IMG/VR virus record: IMGVR_UViG_3300033183_000354
Location: 64,001-128,000 of that record
Length of the DNA: 64,000 nucleotides
Strand: one strand, 5' to 3'
Source: a virus
Shown: positions 26,381 to 35,021 of the stretch, piece by piece
Position numbering within the stretch: the stretch's first letter is position 1
How the letters are laid out: each line of letters starts with the position of its first letter
The notes under the pieces: generated by a model
The model's database searches: none
What the model was told of the DNA's origin: nothing
The model's input: the letters and a program-made list of their open reading frames with translations, nothing else
Position numbers and translations under genes: made by a program

Positions 26381-26548
26381 ATGACATCACAAGAATTCGA
26401 ATTATTTGAACGTCGCATTGATAACTGTTTTCGTGCAGCAGATCTTGCTAATGATCCAGATTTTAAGAAACTTTGGTATCAAACTGCAATGGCTCTGCTA
26501 CGTAAAATGAATTATAGAATGAATGGCTCCGTAGCTCAGCTGGATTAG
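26381..26548 (+). CDS. Small hypothetical protein running into tRNA-Arg
   Basis: RRIDNC..AA...FKKLWYQTA..LLRK; stop lies inside the tRNA. Confidence 0.45.
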   Translation: MTSQEFELFERRIDNCFRAADLANDPDFKKLWYQTAMALLRKMNYRMNGSVAQLD

Positions 26549-26602
26549 AGCAATTGCCTTCTAAGCAATGGGTCGGGGGTTCGAGTCCTCCCGGAGTCGC
26601 CA
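26525..26602 (+). tRNA. tRNA-Arg(TCT)
   Basis: Cloverleaf; ATTGC-CT TCT AA-GCAAT; TTCGA; encoded CCA. Confidence 0.95.
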
Positions 26603-26607
26603 ATATT

Positions 26608-26697
26608 GGAGGGCTGGCAGAGTCTGGCTTAATGCACCTGGTTTGAAACCAGGAGATGGGCAACCATCCGGGGGTTCGAATCCCTCGCCCTCCGCCA
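26608..26697 (+). tRNA. tRNA-Ser(TGA)
   Basis: CCTGG-TT TGA AA-CCAGG, long variable arm, CCA. Confidence 0.95.
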
Positions 26698-26700
26698 TAT

Positions 26701-26785
26701 GCGGGCGTGGTGGAATAGGTAGACACACAGGACTTAAAATCCTGAGGCTTAGGCCGTGAGAGTTCGAGTCTCTCCGTCCGTACCA
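26701..26785 (+). tRNA. tRNA-Leu(TAA)
   Basis: CAGGA-CT TAA AA-TCCTG, variable arm, CCA. Confidence 0.95.
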
Positions 26786-26803
26786 AATTATATGAGGTGT
26801 TAT

Positions 26804-27085
26804 ATGTTAGGTAAAGATTTTTGGGAAGATTTAGATATTGATGCTGCTGAATTTAATGTTCAGATTGAAGTATCTGCAAAAGCATTAATTGATGAATGGG
26901 GTTCTAAGTTGACTGAAGCTGATCTTCTAAAACTAAATGCATATGTACATGCTCAAGATAAATCGATCGAAGGATCTATTGCAGCATCTGCGCTTGAATA
27001 CTACTTAACTAAAGATTATAATCCACAGTTTATCCATTACTATGAGTCAAAGAAAAAAGCTCCGTGGTGGAAATTCTGGAAATAA
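26804..27085 (+). CDS. Hypothetical protein
   Basis: SD gaggt before ATG; PWWKFWK C-terminal membrane-targeting-like tail. Confidence 0.6.
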   Translation: MLGKDFWEDLDIDAAEFNVQIEVSAKALIDEWGSKLTEADLLKLNAYVHAQDKSIEGSIAASALEYYLTKDYNPQFIHYYESKKKAPWWKFWK

Positions 27086-27093
27086 ATAGTAGT

Positions 27094-27252
27094 ATGAGAA
27101 AATTAAACGTTACACTTGGCGATATTGTCGTCATTCTTCCTTTTGCTTGGGTTATATCACAGTCATTACTGTATATGAATTTTTTTTGGGCAATAGGTGC
27201 TTTATTTTTATTTGACGTTTATGCTGCCAATAGGAGGAGATGGAATGTCTGA
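27094..27252 (+). CDS. Small membrane protein
   Basis: Two hydrophobic segments. Confidence 0.5.
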   Translation: MRKLNVTLGDIVVILPFAWVISQSLLYMNFFWAIGALFLFDVYAANRRRWNV

Positions 27253-27508
27253 TGATATTTTTGATTTTGGTTTTACTGCTGTAGATGAGACAGAACTAAA
27301 AGCAGTTCAAGATGTTGCTGCCAAAGCAGAATCTTTGGGTGCTAATGCACTAAACACTCAAGAAAAACTTGATAAACTATATAATGCCATCACACCTCTG
27401 CTTAACAACCTTAAGAAGAATCCAGAAAAAGAATATATCCTTTGGCCTAATCGTATTGAAAAGGTTGAGGCATTCGAGGATTATTTGTATAAGATTTACT
27501 CAAAATGA
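27245..27508 (+). CDS. Conserved T4-like hypothetical protein
   Basis: DFGFTAVDE...PLLNNLKKNPEKEYILWPNR. Confidence 0.7.
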   Translation: MSDDIFDFGFTAVDETELKAVQDVAAKAESLGANALNTQEKLDKLYNAITPLLNNLKKNPEKEYILWPNRIEKVEAFEDYLYKIYSK

Positions 27509-28476
27509 CTTTTTACGACGACCAAATTATCCTAAATAAAAAGATAGAGAATTTTCTTTCCTCTGATTTAATTCAAGAAATAAAAGATAATTTCTTAGAA
27601 TGTGAAGAATTAATTAAAGAAGAATATGATAGAGATGAAAAATATGATGGATTAAATGAATTTTATTTCACATATACTGGAGAATATTTTTTAAATGATC
27701 ATGCTCTATTAAAAAATAGGTCTAACTTTGATCAAATGGTTTTAGTGCCAGAACACATGCATATTAAGGTTAGAGAAAAATTATCTAAAATGTTTTTCGC
27801 TGATATTTTTGATGAAATTAAAGAACATATAGAAAACACGATCGGCTTAGGATACGTTGAACGATTAGCATTCATGAATATGCCAAGTGATTTTCAAATT
27901 CACACAGATAGTTTAGATGTAAAAAATAGATTTATAAAACGACCAAATAATTGGGATGATTTAAAAAAAGAAGATTATCATCCAGACAACGTAACTAATT
28001 GGCCGATTTATCAAGGGTTAATTAATATTGACGCACCTTCTAATAACGGAACTATAATTTTTGATCAATGGTTTCCATATTCAGTTTATTGGTCTCCGCA
28101 AAATACTTCTAAAGAAACTGATGGAACCAGAAGCGCTAAGAAAGATATTATATTTTTTTATTCTGACGATCAACCACATAGATTTGAAGAAAGCATTAGA
28201 AATTTTACTGGCCAAGAAATATCAGAAAAAGATTTCAATTTATTAATTGAAAAATCTCCAAGACCAGATAGAGTTAAAAAAGATGAATACTATGGATTAT
28301 CGATTGATTCATTAATGACTTTCGATACTCCAGGAACTCTTAATATGTGGGACAGTAAAAAGTTTCATAAAACGATACCGTTTAAGCACCATGGTAAAAA
28401 TCAAAATAGATTAGTTTTACAATTTATTGCAATGAAAAAACCATTATTTTATAAAACAGGGCATACTATATTTTAG
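27505..28476 (+). CDS. 2OG-Fe(II) oxygenase-like protein, paralog A
   Basis: IHTD...GTIIFDQ...WDSKKFH...R.VLQF (HxD..H..R). Confidence 0.55.
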   Translation: MTFYDDQIILNKKIENFLSSDLIQEIKDNFLECEELIKEEYDRDEKYDGLNEFYFTYTGEYFLNDHALLKNRSNFDQMVLVPEHMHIKVREKLSKMFFADIFDEIKEHIENTIGLGYVERLAFMNMPSDFQIHTDSLDVKNRFIKRPNNWDDLKKEDYHPDNVTNWPIYQGLINIDAPSNNGTIIFDQWFPYSVYWSPQNTSKETDGTRSAKKDIIFFYSDDQPHRFEESIRNFTGQEISEKDFNLLIEKSPRPDRVKKDEYYGLSIDSLMTFDTPGTLNMWDSKKFHKTIPFKHHGKNQNRLVLQFIAMKKPLFYKTGHTIF

Positions 28477-29422
28477 ATCTACAAACAAATTGTAAAACTT
28501 TTCTACTTGTTTGATCTTCAAATTTATATGGCATCTGACAATGATATCGTCGACTATCCCATAGACTAGTAGTTCCAGGTTTATCAAAAAAGAAAAGTTT
28601 TTCTAAGCTGAGTCCATAACCTTGATCTCTATTAAATTTCCCATTATCTACTAAATTATTGGTTATCATATTGAAATCATCATCAGAAAATGGTTTGTAT
28701 GTAAAATTTTTTATAGTGTGACCAAATCGCGTTGGTGAATCATCTTTATAAAATGTAATAAAGGGATATCCACATATAGTATTTTTATATCCCGAATATT
28801 CTTTATCAAATGCAAGATACGTTGTAAAAGGAAACATCTGATCAAATAGGATTGTTCCATGAGTCGTAGGAGCATTAATATTAATTAATCCTTGGTATAT
28901 GTTCATTCTATTGATATAATCGTCTTGCATATAATCTTTTTGAATTAGACTATCCCAATCATCTGGTCTATCCATATATTTGTCTTTTACTGCTAATCTA
29001 TCAGTATGAATTTCAAATGAGGATTTCATATTCATGAATTCAAACCAAGCTATTTTAATATTAGAATCATTTAATCGAGTAAGTATTTTTTCTTTGTATT
29101 CAAAAATTTTATCATTTAAATCTTTTAATTCAATTGCTGCATATTCCTTAAAATCTTCTATTAACTCTAAACGTTCTAACTTTGAATAAAATAAGACTTC
29201 ATTAATAGTAAAATCCATTATAATTCCAGTCTCTTTTTCATCATCAAAATGGTGGAATATTGAATGTAATCTTAATTGAGAAATGGGTCGAGTACTTCCC
29301 CAATAATCTTGGGCGATTCTTTCGGCATACTGGTCAAAGATAGATTCGAGTTCTGCTGCTTCTTCGACAGAGAAAAAATCTTTATCTTGAATAGTAGGAT
29401 AAATATAATCGTTATCTAACAT
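28466..29422 (-). CDS. 2OG-Fe(II) oxygenase-like protein, paralog B
   Basis: IHTD...GTILFDQ...WDSRRYH...RKVLQF. Confidence 0.55.
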   Translation of the reverse strand: MLDNDYIYPTIQDKDFFSVEEAAELESIFDQYAERIAQDYWGSTRPISQLRLHSIFHHFDDEKETGIIMDFTINEVLFYSKLERLELIEDFKEYAAIELKDLNDKIFEYKEKILTRLNDSNIKIAWFEFMNMKSSFEIHTDRLAVKDKYMDRPDDWDSLIQKDYMQDDYINRMNIYQGLININAPTTHGTILFDQMFPFTTYLAFDKEYSGYKNTICGYPFITFYKDDSPTRFGHTIKNFTYKPFSDDDFNMITNNLVDNGKFNRDQGYGLSLEKLFFFDKPGTTSLWDSRRYHCQMPYKFEDQTSRKVLQFVCRSKI

Positions 29423-29427
29423 AGGAA

Positions 29428-29435
29428 TATTTATA
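29428..29435 (-). promoter_or_regulatory. T4 late promoter for 28466..29422
   Basis: TATTTATA on + strand = TATAAATA on - strand, 5 nt before the start codon. Confidence 0.65.
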
Positions 29436-30076
29436 TGGCATTTTTAGTACATCCACTTCCACCTATTCCAGTCTATGTAAAAAAAGAATATCTGTATGAT
29501 CTAGAAAGGGGTCACGGTGAATATACACCTGGCATCTGGATCGCAGTTAAATCAATACAATATAAAGCACTTTATTTCGAAACCCTATTAACAGATTATG
29601 GAGCACTATATGATAAACTCCCTTTGGTAGCGTTTGTTCATAGCCTTGATCATAGCGACCTTCCTCTCGATGTTCTTCAGCTTTGGGATTGTTTTGATTA
29701 TGACATTACTGTAGTTCAAAAACCACTATTAAGCAGATGTGAATTCTTTGGAAAGGATCGCAAGATGCATTCGGGTGAGTATATGTTTACTATTGATAAC
29801 GCTCATCGAGATCATGCATATCTTGATACTAACTTTAGTGAACACGATCCTGAACATAAGTCATTCAATATCATTAAGTTAGATAGTGGTCAGTTTGCTG
29901 CTCAACCAAACAATAGAGTCATCTTTAGAGACTCAAGCCTTACACCTGAGAAGTTACTGATGCCAGATTTTAAAGTCTGTACTCAGAACTATGCAGTAGA
30001 GACTGAACCAAAATGGTCAGTTGGCCACACAGACGAATGGCAATACAAGACTGAAGATGAAAAAAATCACATCTAA
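29435..30076 (+). CDS. Conserved marine-phage hypothetical protein
   Basis: VKKEYLYD..GHGE, GALYDKLP, LQLWDCF, EHKSFN, GQFAAQPNNR. Confidence 0.75.
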   Translation: MAFLVHPLPPIPVYVKKEYLYDLERGHGEYTPGIWIAVKSIQYKALYFETLLTDYGALYDKLPLVAFVHSLDHSDLPLDVLQLWDCFDYDITVVQKPLLSRCEFFGKDRKMHSGEYMFTIDNAHRDHAYLDTNFSEHDPEHKSFNIIKLDSGQFAAQPNNRVIFRDSSLTPEKLLMPDFKVCTQNYAVETEPKWSVGHTDEWQYKTEDEKNHI

Positions 30077-30096
30077 TTGTTTTTATTAGATAAAAT

Positions 30097-30139
30097 AATG
30101 CGTTTTTTTGTGTACATTGCCTAAAGATTGTAGTAGTAT
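30097..30139 (+). promoter_or_regulatory. Early promoter
   Basis: AATGCGTTTTTTTG element, TGTACA-17-TAGTAT, SD GAGGAG downstream. Confidence 0.75.
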
Positions 30140-30166
30140 AGTCCTATAATCAAAGAGGAGTTTATT

Positions 30167-30403
30167 ATGATTATTAAACCTGAAGATCGTCTGGCTTATA
30201 TCAAAAAAGCTGCAGCCAAGTTTAACAAAAAAGTTAAGCGGAATGCTCGTGTTCGCGACTATACCACTCCTGTCGAAGATCGTAGCACTGACGACTCTGT
30301 TAACATCAACGCTTGGACTGATGCCGAAAAGTATGTCGACGAATATTATGGCGATCGCGTACGTGGTCAAACTGCATACGAATCATATGAAGGATGGAAC
30401 TAA
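30167..30403 (+). CDS. Early hypothetical protein
   Basis: Promoter and SD. Confidence 0.65.
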   Translation: MIIKPEDRLAYIKKAAAKFNKKVKRNARVRDYTTPVEDRSTDDSVNINAWTDAEKYVDEYYGDRVRGQTAYESYEGWN

Positions 30404-30555
30404 TGTTTGAAGTATTTCTCACAAATTTTGGCTTTACTCACAGCTCTCATAAAACTTTAGAAGATGCGATTAAGGCTGCCAAGAATACTGGTTTTCAGTG
30501 TCACATCTTTAAGAGTACAGATCCTTTCACTATCTTAAAGACGGTATGGAACTAA
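30403..30555 (+). CDS. Small hypothetical protein (50 aa, not in ORF track)
   Basis: MFEVFLTNFG...TLEDAIKAAKNTGFQC; TAATG coupling at both ends. Confidence 0.6.
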   Translation: MFEVFLTNFGFTHSSHKTLEDAIKAAKNTGFQCHIFKSTDPFTILKTVWN

Positions 30556-30914
30556 TGACTATGCATCTTGTTCATGGTATGTCTACCACATCAACTCGAA
30601 AGCGTAAGACCAAGCGTACTCCTGGCTGGCAGAAAGCCGAAGCTAAACACAATGCTTGGCTGCGTAAGATGGGTGTGCATCCTGATCAGCTCAAAACAAA
30701 GGAGAAATCAAGTGGCGCGAGTATTCCGAATTATGCAGAGACACGCTTCAGCATCCCGACGTCGGACGTCGTTACACCCATCGCAGGAAAGCGAAAGGCA
30801 CAAGAGTATTCAGGAGACTACATCGTCGGGCTCGCAACAATGCACAAATCAAACACAGTTCCAGTGGGTAGATCCGATTCCCCAGAAATATATGCACAAA
30901 TGAGGCGAAATTAA
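30555..30914 (+). CDS. Conserved basic hypothetical protein
   Basis: YSGDYIVGLATMHKSNTVPV...AQMRRN motif. Confidence 0.7.
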   Translation: MTMHLVHGMSTTSTRKRKTKRTPGWQKAEAKHNAWLRKMGVHPDQLKTKEKSSGASIPNYAETRFSIPTSDVVTPIAGKRKAQEYSGDYIVGLATMHKSNTVPVGRSDSPEIYAQMRRN

Positions 30915-30917
30915 TGG

Positions 30918-30946
30918 TTTACTTTTGTGGAAAACTGTAGTAGAAT
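30918..30946 (+). promoter_or_regulatory. Early promoter
   Basis: TTTACT-17-TAGAAT. Confidence 0.7.
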
Positions 30947-30954
30947 ATATCTAC

Positions 30955-31185
30955 AATAAAAAATTGTCGAACGAGTATAAACGTGGTTAAGCCTGTAAAC
31001 GACATTAAAATTAAGACGCAGGTGGGAATGAAGAGCCCTCATAAGAAAGACTCAACTGGGAATGGTCCGTTCGTCCAGTCTAAAAATTAAGGAACGCGCG
31101 AGTTACGAGGCCCCCGGGCTCGAAAATAGAATGAAAAAGACCGTCCTAGGAATCGGTTTGGGGTCCCATATTATTATTGAGGAGC
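30955..31185 (+). ncRNA. Putative structured RNA / long leader
   Basis: ~240 nt without a long ORF, GC-richer than flanks, several stems. Confidence 0.4.
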
Positions 31186-31192
31186 AAACATA

Positions 31193-32317
31193 ATGGCATT
31201 ACAAAAACGTAAGAAGAAAACAGTTCGCGCTCGTGCGCGTACAGGGATAGCTGCAGCACCTATCGATAAGGGCTTTGAGGCTGTTAAAGATTATTTCCAT
31301 ATGGAGATCGATCGTAAAGACATCTCAGCTCAAATCAAGACTTATATCAAGAAAACATTGAATAAGTCAGATCAGCGCGCCGCGCTTGCCTGTCCTGAAT
31401 ATAAGTTTGTTCTCGGATATTTAGGTGCCACAGCATTTTGGAATAATCAAGGGTTGACTCAATGTGATAAATCAAAGTCATATACAGCACACTTAGATGC
31501 TAAGATTGCTGATCTAGTAGTACTTGGTAAGACCATCTTAGCAGAGAAAAAGGCTGAAGCAAAGACAGAAAGTAACGTAATAACACTTTCTCCAGCACAA
31601 CGCCTTCAGAATAAGATTAGTAATACTATTATGCAAGATCTACTTAATCTCGAAGATCAGTGGATCGAAGGTAAGAAGACTACAATTGATGTTTATCTTC
31701 TCTTTAAGAAATACAGTTTGGCTGGATCGGCTACATTGCCAGTCCGCCAGGTGATTGAGGGATGGTTGCTAGATTATGAAGATGCATACCATAAGCGTTG
31801 TGACCAAGCCGTCGAGGGCTATTCACATGTGAAAAGACCTGAACTCAATCGCCGCATTAAAGCGTGTCAAGACATGCTCCTCGATCTTGACCGCATTAAG
31901 TCCGCAGCGAAGGCTACTCGTAAAACTCGAGTCAAACAGCCTAAAGCTGCGGACAAACAAATCTCGAAGGTTAAATACAAGACCGAAGATACTACATATA
32001 AACTAGTATCAATCCCACCAATTCAAATGGTCGGTAAGATTCGATTGTATACCTTCAATACGAAGACTCGTACTCTTACAGAGTATGTAACACAAAGTAC
32101 AAATGGGTTTGAAATCTCAGGTAGTACTATCAAGAACATTGATACTGTTAATAGTCGTCAAGTTCGTCTTCGTAAACCAGATGAGTTTCTTCCGCTTGTG
32201 CTAACAAAAACTGTAAGACAGGTTGACGCCGAGTGGAAGAAGCTCACTACTAAAACAAGTGTGCCAAACGGTCGTATTAATGCAGATACTATTCTATTGA
32301 GGGTATTAGACAAATGA
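31193..32317 (+). CDS. Conserved T4-like hypothetical protein
   Basis: EGYSH, FNTKTR, GSTI, LRKP, NGRINADTILL. Confidence 0.75.
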   Translation: MALQKRKKKTVRARARTGIAAAPIDKGFEAVKDYFHMEIDRKDISAQIKTYIKKTLNKSDQRAALACPEYKFVLGYLGATAFWNNQGLTQCDKSKSYTAHLDAKIADLVVLGKTILAEKKAEAKTESNVITLSPAQRLQNKISNTIMQDLLNLEDQWIEGKKTTIDVYLLFKKYSLAGSATLPVRQVIEGWLLDYEDAYHKRCDQAVEGYSHVKRPELNRRIKACQDMLLDLDRIKSAAKATRKTRVKQPKAADKQISKVKYKTEDTTYKLVSIPPIQMVGKIRLYTFNTKTRTLTEYVTQSTNGFEISGSTIKNIDTVNSRQVRLRKPDEFLPLVLTKTVRQVDAEWKKLTTKTSVPNGRINADTILLRVLDK

Positions 32318-32580
32318 TTAAAGTAGATTATGAAGAAGAAGTGATGATGCTTCGCAAGAAGGTTAGAGCCTATGAGGATACAAACTCTCAGGCATCAGAT
32401 GAACTCGTTGTAAAATCCTTGAAGAAATACTATGATATTTGTAGTATACCTGACAAGGTTGATTTGTCAGACGACATCATCGAACCAGATGAAGAACTGC
32501 TTAAGGCAATTAATCGAGTTCTTGCTGATTATATGCCCCAGGATGACTATGATAGGTGGAAAAATGAAAACAATCTCTGA
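32314..32580 (+). CDS. Hypothetical protein
   Basis: Coupled ORF. Confidence 0.55.
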   Translation: MIKVDYEEEVMMLRKKVRAYEDTNSQASDELVVKSLKKYYDICSIPDKVDLSDDIIEPDEELLKAINRVLADYMPQDDYDRWKNENNL

Positions 32581-32785
32581 CGAAGAATATGAGTTATTTC
32601 AAAAACTAAAAACTATTGTAAAGCACTCTAATCCAGAACGCTCTGGTGTATTTTTCATCTGCGGTGCTGGAGGTGAACGAGACAACATGGGTTTACCAGA
32701 AAGAATCAATGTTTGTCCTGCGTATGGGTTAGATGGAATGGCACAGTATACAAAGTCGAAAGACTATTCAGCACCAGGGTGGTAA
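32564..32785 (+). CDS. Hypothetical protein
   Basis: GVFFICG..G..D..GLPE.I.VCPAYGLD motif. Confidence 0.6.
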   Translation: MKTISDEEYELFQKLKTIVKHSNPERSGVFFICGAGGERDNMGLPERINVCPAYGLDGMAQYTKSKDYSAPGW

Positions 32786-32787
32786 AA

Positions 32788-33117
32788 ATGACTGAATATA
32801 AACCAGACAACTGGGTGATTATCAAAATGAAAGGTGATGATCCACACTATCGAGTACTTGCCGGCTGGTCGGGTGGTTATTTGGATGGTGATAGTTGGCG
32901 TATAAACAGCGGTATTACTCGTCACGAATTTGATGGAGATTACTGGTATTTCTATGGATCTTCTGGAAGTTGTTATAAATGCCATGTTGATAGTTATCAT
33001 TTGAGAATGAACAATGCACACGTCTGGGGACAATTACAAGAACTGCATGGCGTTAAAGTAGAGATGCTTGAAAATCTAGCATGGACTAAAAAAGATTGGG
33101 ATTGGATAATTAAATGA
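32788..33117 (+). CDS. Conserved phage hypothetical protein
   Basis: YKPDNWVI...GWSGGYLDGDSWRINSGI...GSSGSCYKC. Confidence 0.7.
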   Translation: MTEYKPDNWVIIKMKGDDPHYRVLAGWSGGYLDGDSWRINSGITRHEFDGDYWYFYGSSGSCYKCHVDSYHLRMNNAHVWGQLQELHGVKVEMLENLAWTKKDWDWIIK

Positions 33118-33434
33118 GTAATGATTATGTAGTTGTAACAACAATCAGTCAGTTTAGACACCGATATGTGATGCATAAGGATGATCTACAAAAACTGAAT
33201 CCTGATATTCCTGTCAATCCCATTGAATGGGCTTGTGATACAGTCACTTCAGAAGAAGCAGAAGAGTTTTCTCAGTATTGGTTAGGTGAGACTATTATCG
33301 ATACTACCACAATGACAAAAGATGAAATGTTGGAACTGTTTGATCAAGATAACGACTATCTGAAAGATTGGACACATGAGTATAAAATTGAGTGGGTTAG
33401 GAAGAATCTAAAAGGAAAAGATGACCATGACTAA
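33114..33434 (+). CDS. Hypothetical protein
   Basis: FRHRY, WACDTV, EFSQ.WLGE. Confidence 0.65.
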   Translation: MSNDYVVVTTISQFRHRYVMHKDDLQKLNPDIPVNPIEWACDTVTSEEAEEFSQYWLGETIIDTTTMTKDEMLELFDQDNDYLKDWTHEYKIEWVRKNLKGKDDHD

Positions 33435-33609
33435 GGTATTAATGTGTGATCCACCGAGTGGGTGGAAGTATGGATTTCCAAAGCCAATGCCTAGAGATGT
33501 CAAAGATGTCAAAGCGTGGTTGGTAGAGAATGGTTATCCACAAAGAGAAATTGATCAGTGTGGTGATCATTTCTGGGTAAGACATTGGGAGACGGAACTT
33601 GACAATTGA
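33421..33609 (+). CDS. Hypothetical protein
   Basis: DPPSGWKYGFPK motif. Confidence 0.6.
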   Translation: MTMTKVLMCDPPSGWKYGFPKPMPRDVKDVKAWLVENGYPQREIDQCGDHFWVRHWETELDN

Positions 33610-33841
33610 AGAAAACTTTTTAACTAAATCTAAATTTACTAAGCTTATTGAAGCAACAGTAGTTGAGACACGACTATCGTATATGGATACGATCTTACAT
33701 CTTTGTGAAGAAAACAACATTGATCCAGAAGATGTAAAGAAATTCATCTCGCCTATCATCAAAGATAAGCTAGAGGCAGAGGCAATGGCCTTAAACTTTT
33801 TGCCAAAACAAAATACATTAGACTCGTCTTTATTTGAATAG
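33599..33841 (+). CDS. 33: Late transcription co-activator gp33
   Basis: SYMDTILHLCEENNID...ISPIIKDKLEAEAMALNFL; TTG start. Confidence 0.85.
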   Translation: MTIEENFLTKSKFTKLIEATVVETRLSYMDTILHLCEENNIDPEDVKKFISPIIKDKLEAEAMALNFLPKQNTLDSSLFE

Positions 33842-33856
33842 TACGTATATATACTA

Positions 33857-33885
33857 TGTACAATACAGTCGATACGATGTATAAT
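33857..33885 (+). promoter_or_regulatory. Promoter of gene 32
   Basis: TGTACA-17-TATAAT. Confidence 0.7.
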
Positions 33886-33923
33886 ACTACAGTTAATATT
33901 ACAGCACATACAAGGATACAAAC

Positions 33924-34838
33924 ATGTCATTCGAAAATCTAAAACGCAATCGCGACCAAATCTCCAAACTTGTTCAAGCAGCCGAAGCCACCAACGGAGG
34001 TGGTGAAAAGAAGTCGTATGTCGATGAACGAATTTGGAAACCTACAGTAGACAAAGCGGGTAACGGCTATGCAGTCATTCGATTCCTCCCAGCAGCAGAA
34101 GGCCAAGAACTCCCATGGGTTCGATACTGGGATCATGGATTCAAAGGACCAACCGGTCAGTGGTATATCGAAAACAGCCTTACTTCTATTGGTCAACCTG
34201 ATCCAGTTGGTGAACTCAACTCAAAGTTGTGGAATTCTGGGTTCGAGGAAGACAAAGAAAAAGCCCGAGCACAAAAGCGTCGACTCCACTATGTAACTAA
34301 TATCCTCGTTCTTCAGGATCCAAGTGCTCCTCAAAACGAAGGTAAAGTATTCCTCTATAAGTTTGGTAAAAAGATCTTTGATAAGATCATGGACTCTATG
34401 CAACCAGACTTTGCAGATGAAACACCAGTCAATCCATTTGACTTTTGGTCAGGTGCAGACTTTAAGTTGAAGATCCGTCAAGTAGAAGGATATCGTAATT
34501 ATGATAAGTCGGAGTTTGCAGGAACATCTTCTCTCTATGATGGAGATGAATCCAAGTTGGAAACAGTCTATAACCAACTACATGATCTCAGTGAGTTCAC
34601 CGATCCAAAGAACTACAAAACGTATGACGAGCTCAAAGCAAAGTTGATGCGTGTTCTCGGTGAAGAGGCCACAGCAGGTTCATATACGATTAAGCAAGAA
34701 GCGATGATCAATGAACCGGCACCAATGCTTGAACCTCGTTCAGCTGAACCAGTAACGGCAGATCAATTGTCTGCTAGCTCACTCGAAGATGACGATGATA
34801 CCATGTCATATTTCGCTCGGTTAGCTAGTGACGAATAA
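33924..34838 (+). CDS. 32: Single-stranded DNA-binding protein gp32
   Basis: DERIWKP..DKAGNGYAVIRFLP, WYIEN, FGKKIFDKI, NYDKSEF, acidic tail. Confidence 0.95.
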   Translation: MSFENLKRNRDQISKLVQAAEATNGGGEKKSYVDERIWKPTVDKAGNGYAVIRFLPAAEGQELPWVRYWDHGFKGPTGQWYIENSLTSIGQPDPVGELNSKLWNSGFEEDKEKARAQKRRLHYVTNILVLQDPSAPQNEGKVFLYKFGKKIFDKIMDSMQPDFADETPVNPFDFWSGADFKLKIRQVEGYRNYDKSEFAGTSSLYDGDESKLETVYNQLHDLSEFTDPKNYKTYDELKAKLMRVLGEEATAGSYTIKQEAMINEPAPMLEPRSAEPVTADQLSASSLEDDDDTMSYFARLASDE

Positions 34839-34942
34839 TATATATAATTCTGCATCCACATTTTATTTCGTGGCTCTGCTGAATAAAGGGGTTGGCCGCC
34901 AGAAATAAGCTCGTACAGATCAACGGTTAGTCTGTCAAATAA

Positions 34943-35018
34943 GCATGTGGATGATCTAATAGGTAAGATGCTGGGATAACTCGGCAATGGGAGTTCGAAT
35001 CTCTCTCCACATACTCCA
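34943..35018 (+). ncRNA. tRNA-like RNA lacking a normal anticodon loop
   Basis: ATGTGGA/TCCACAT acceptor, ATCT/AGAT D-stem, GGGAG-TTCGAAT-CTCTC T-arm, 4-nt loop in the anticodon arm, 3' CCA. Confidence 0.75.
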
Positions 35019-35021
35019 TAA

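Noticed and set aside
26463-26786. ORFs 26463..26786(-) and 26568..26759(+)
   Set aside because: Shadows of the three tRNA genes
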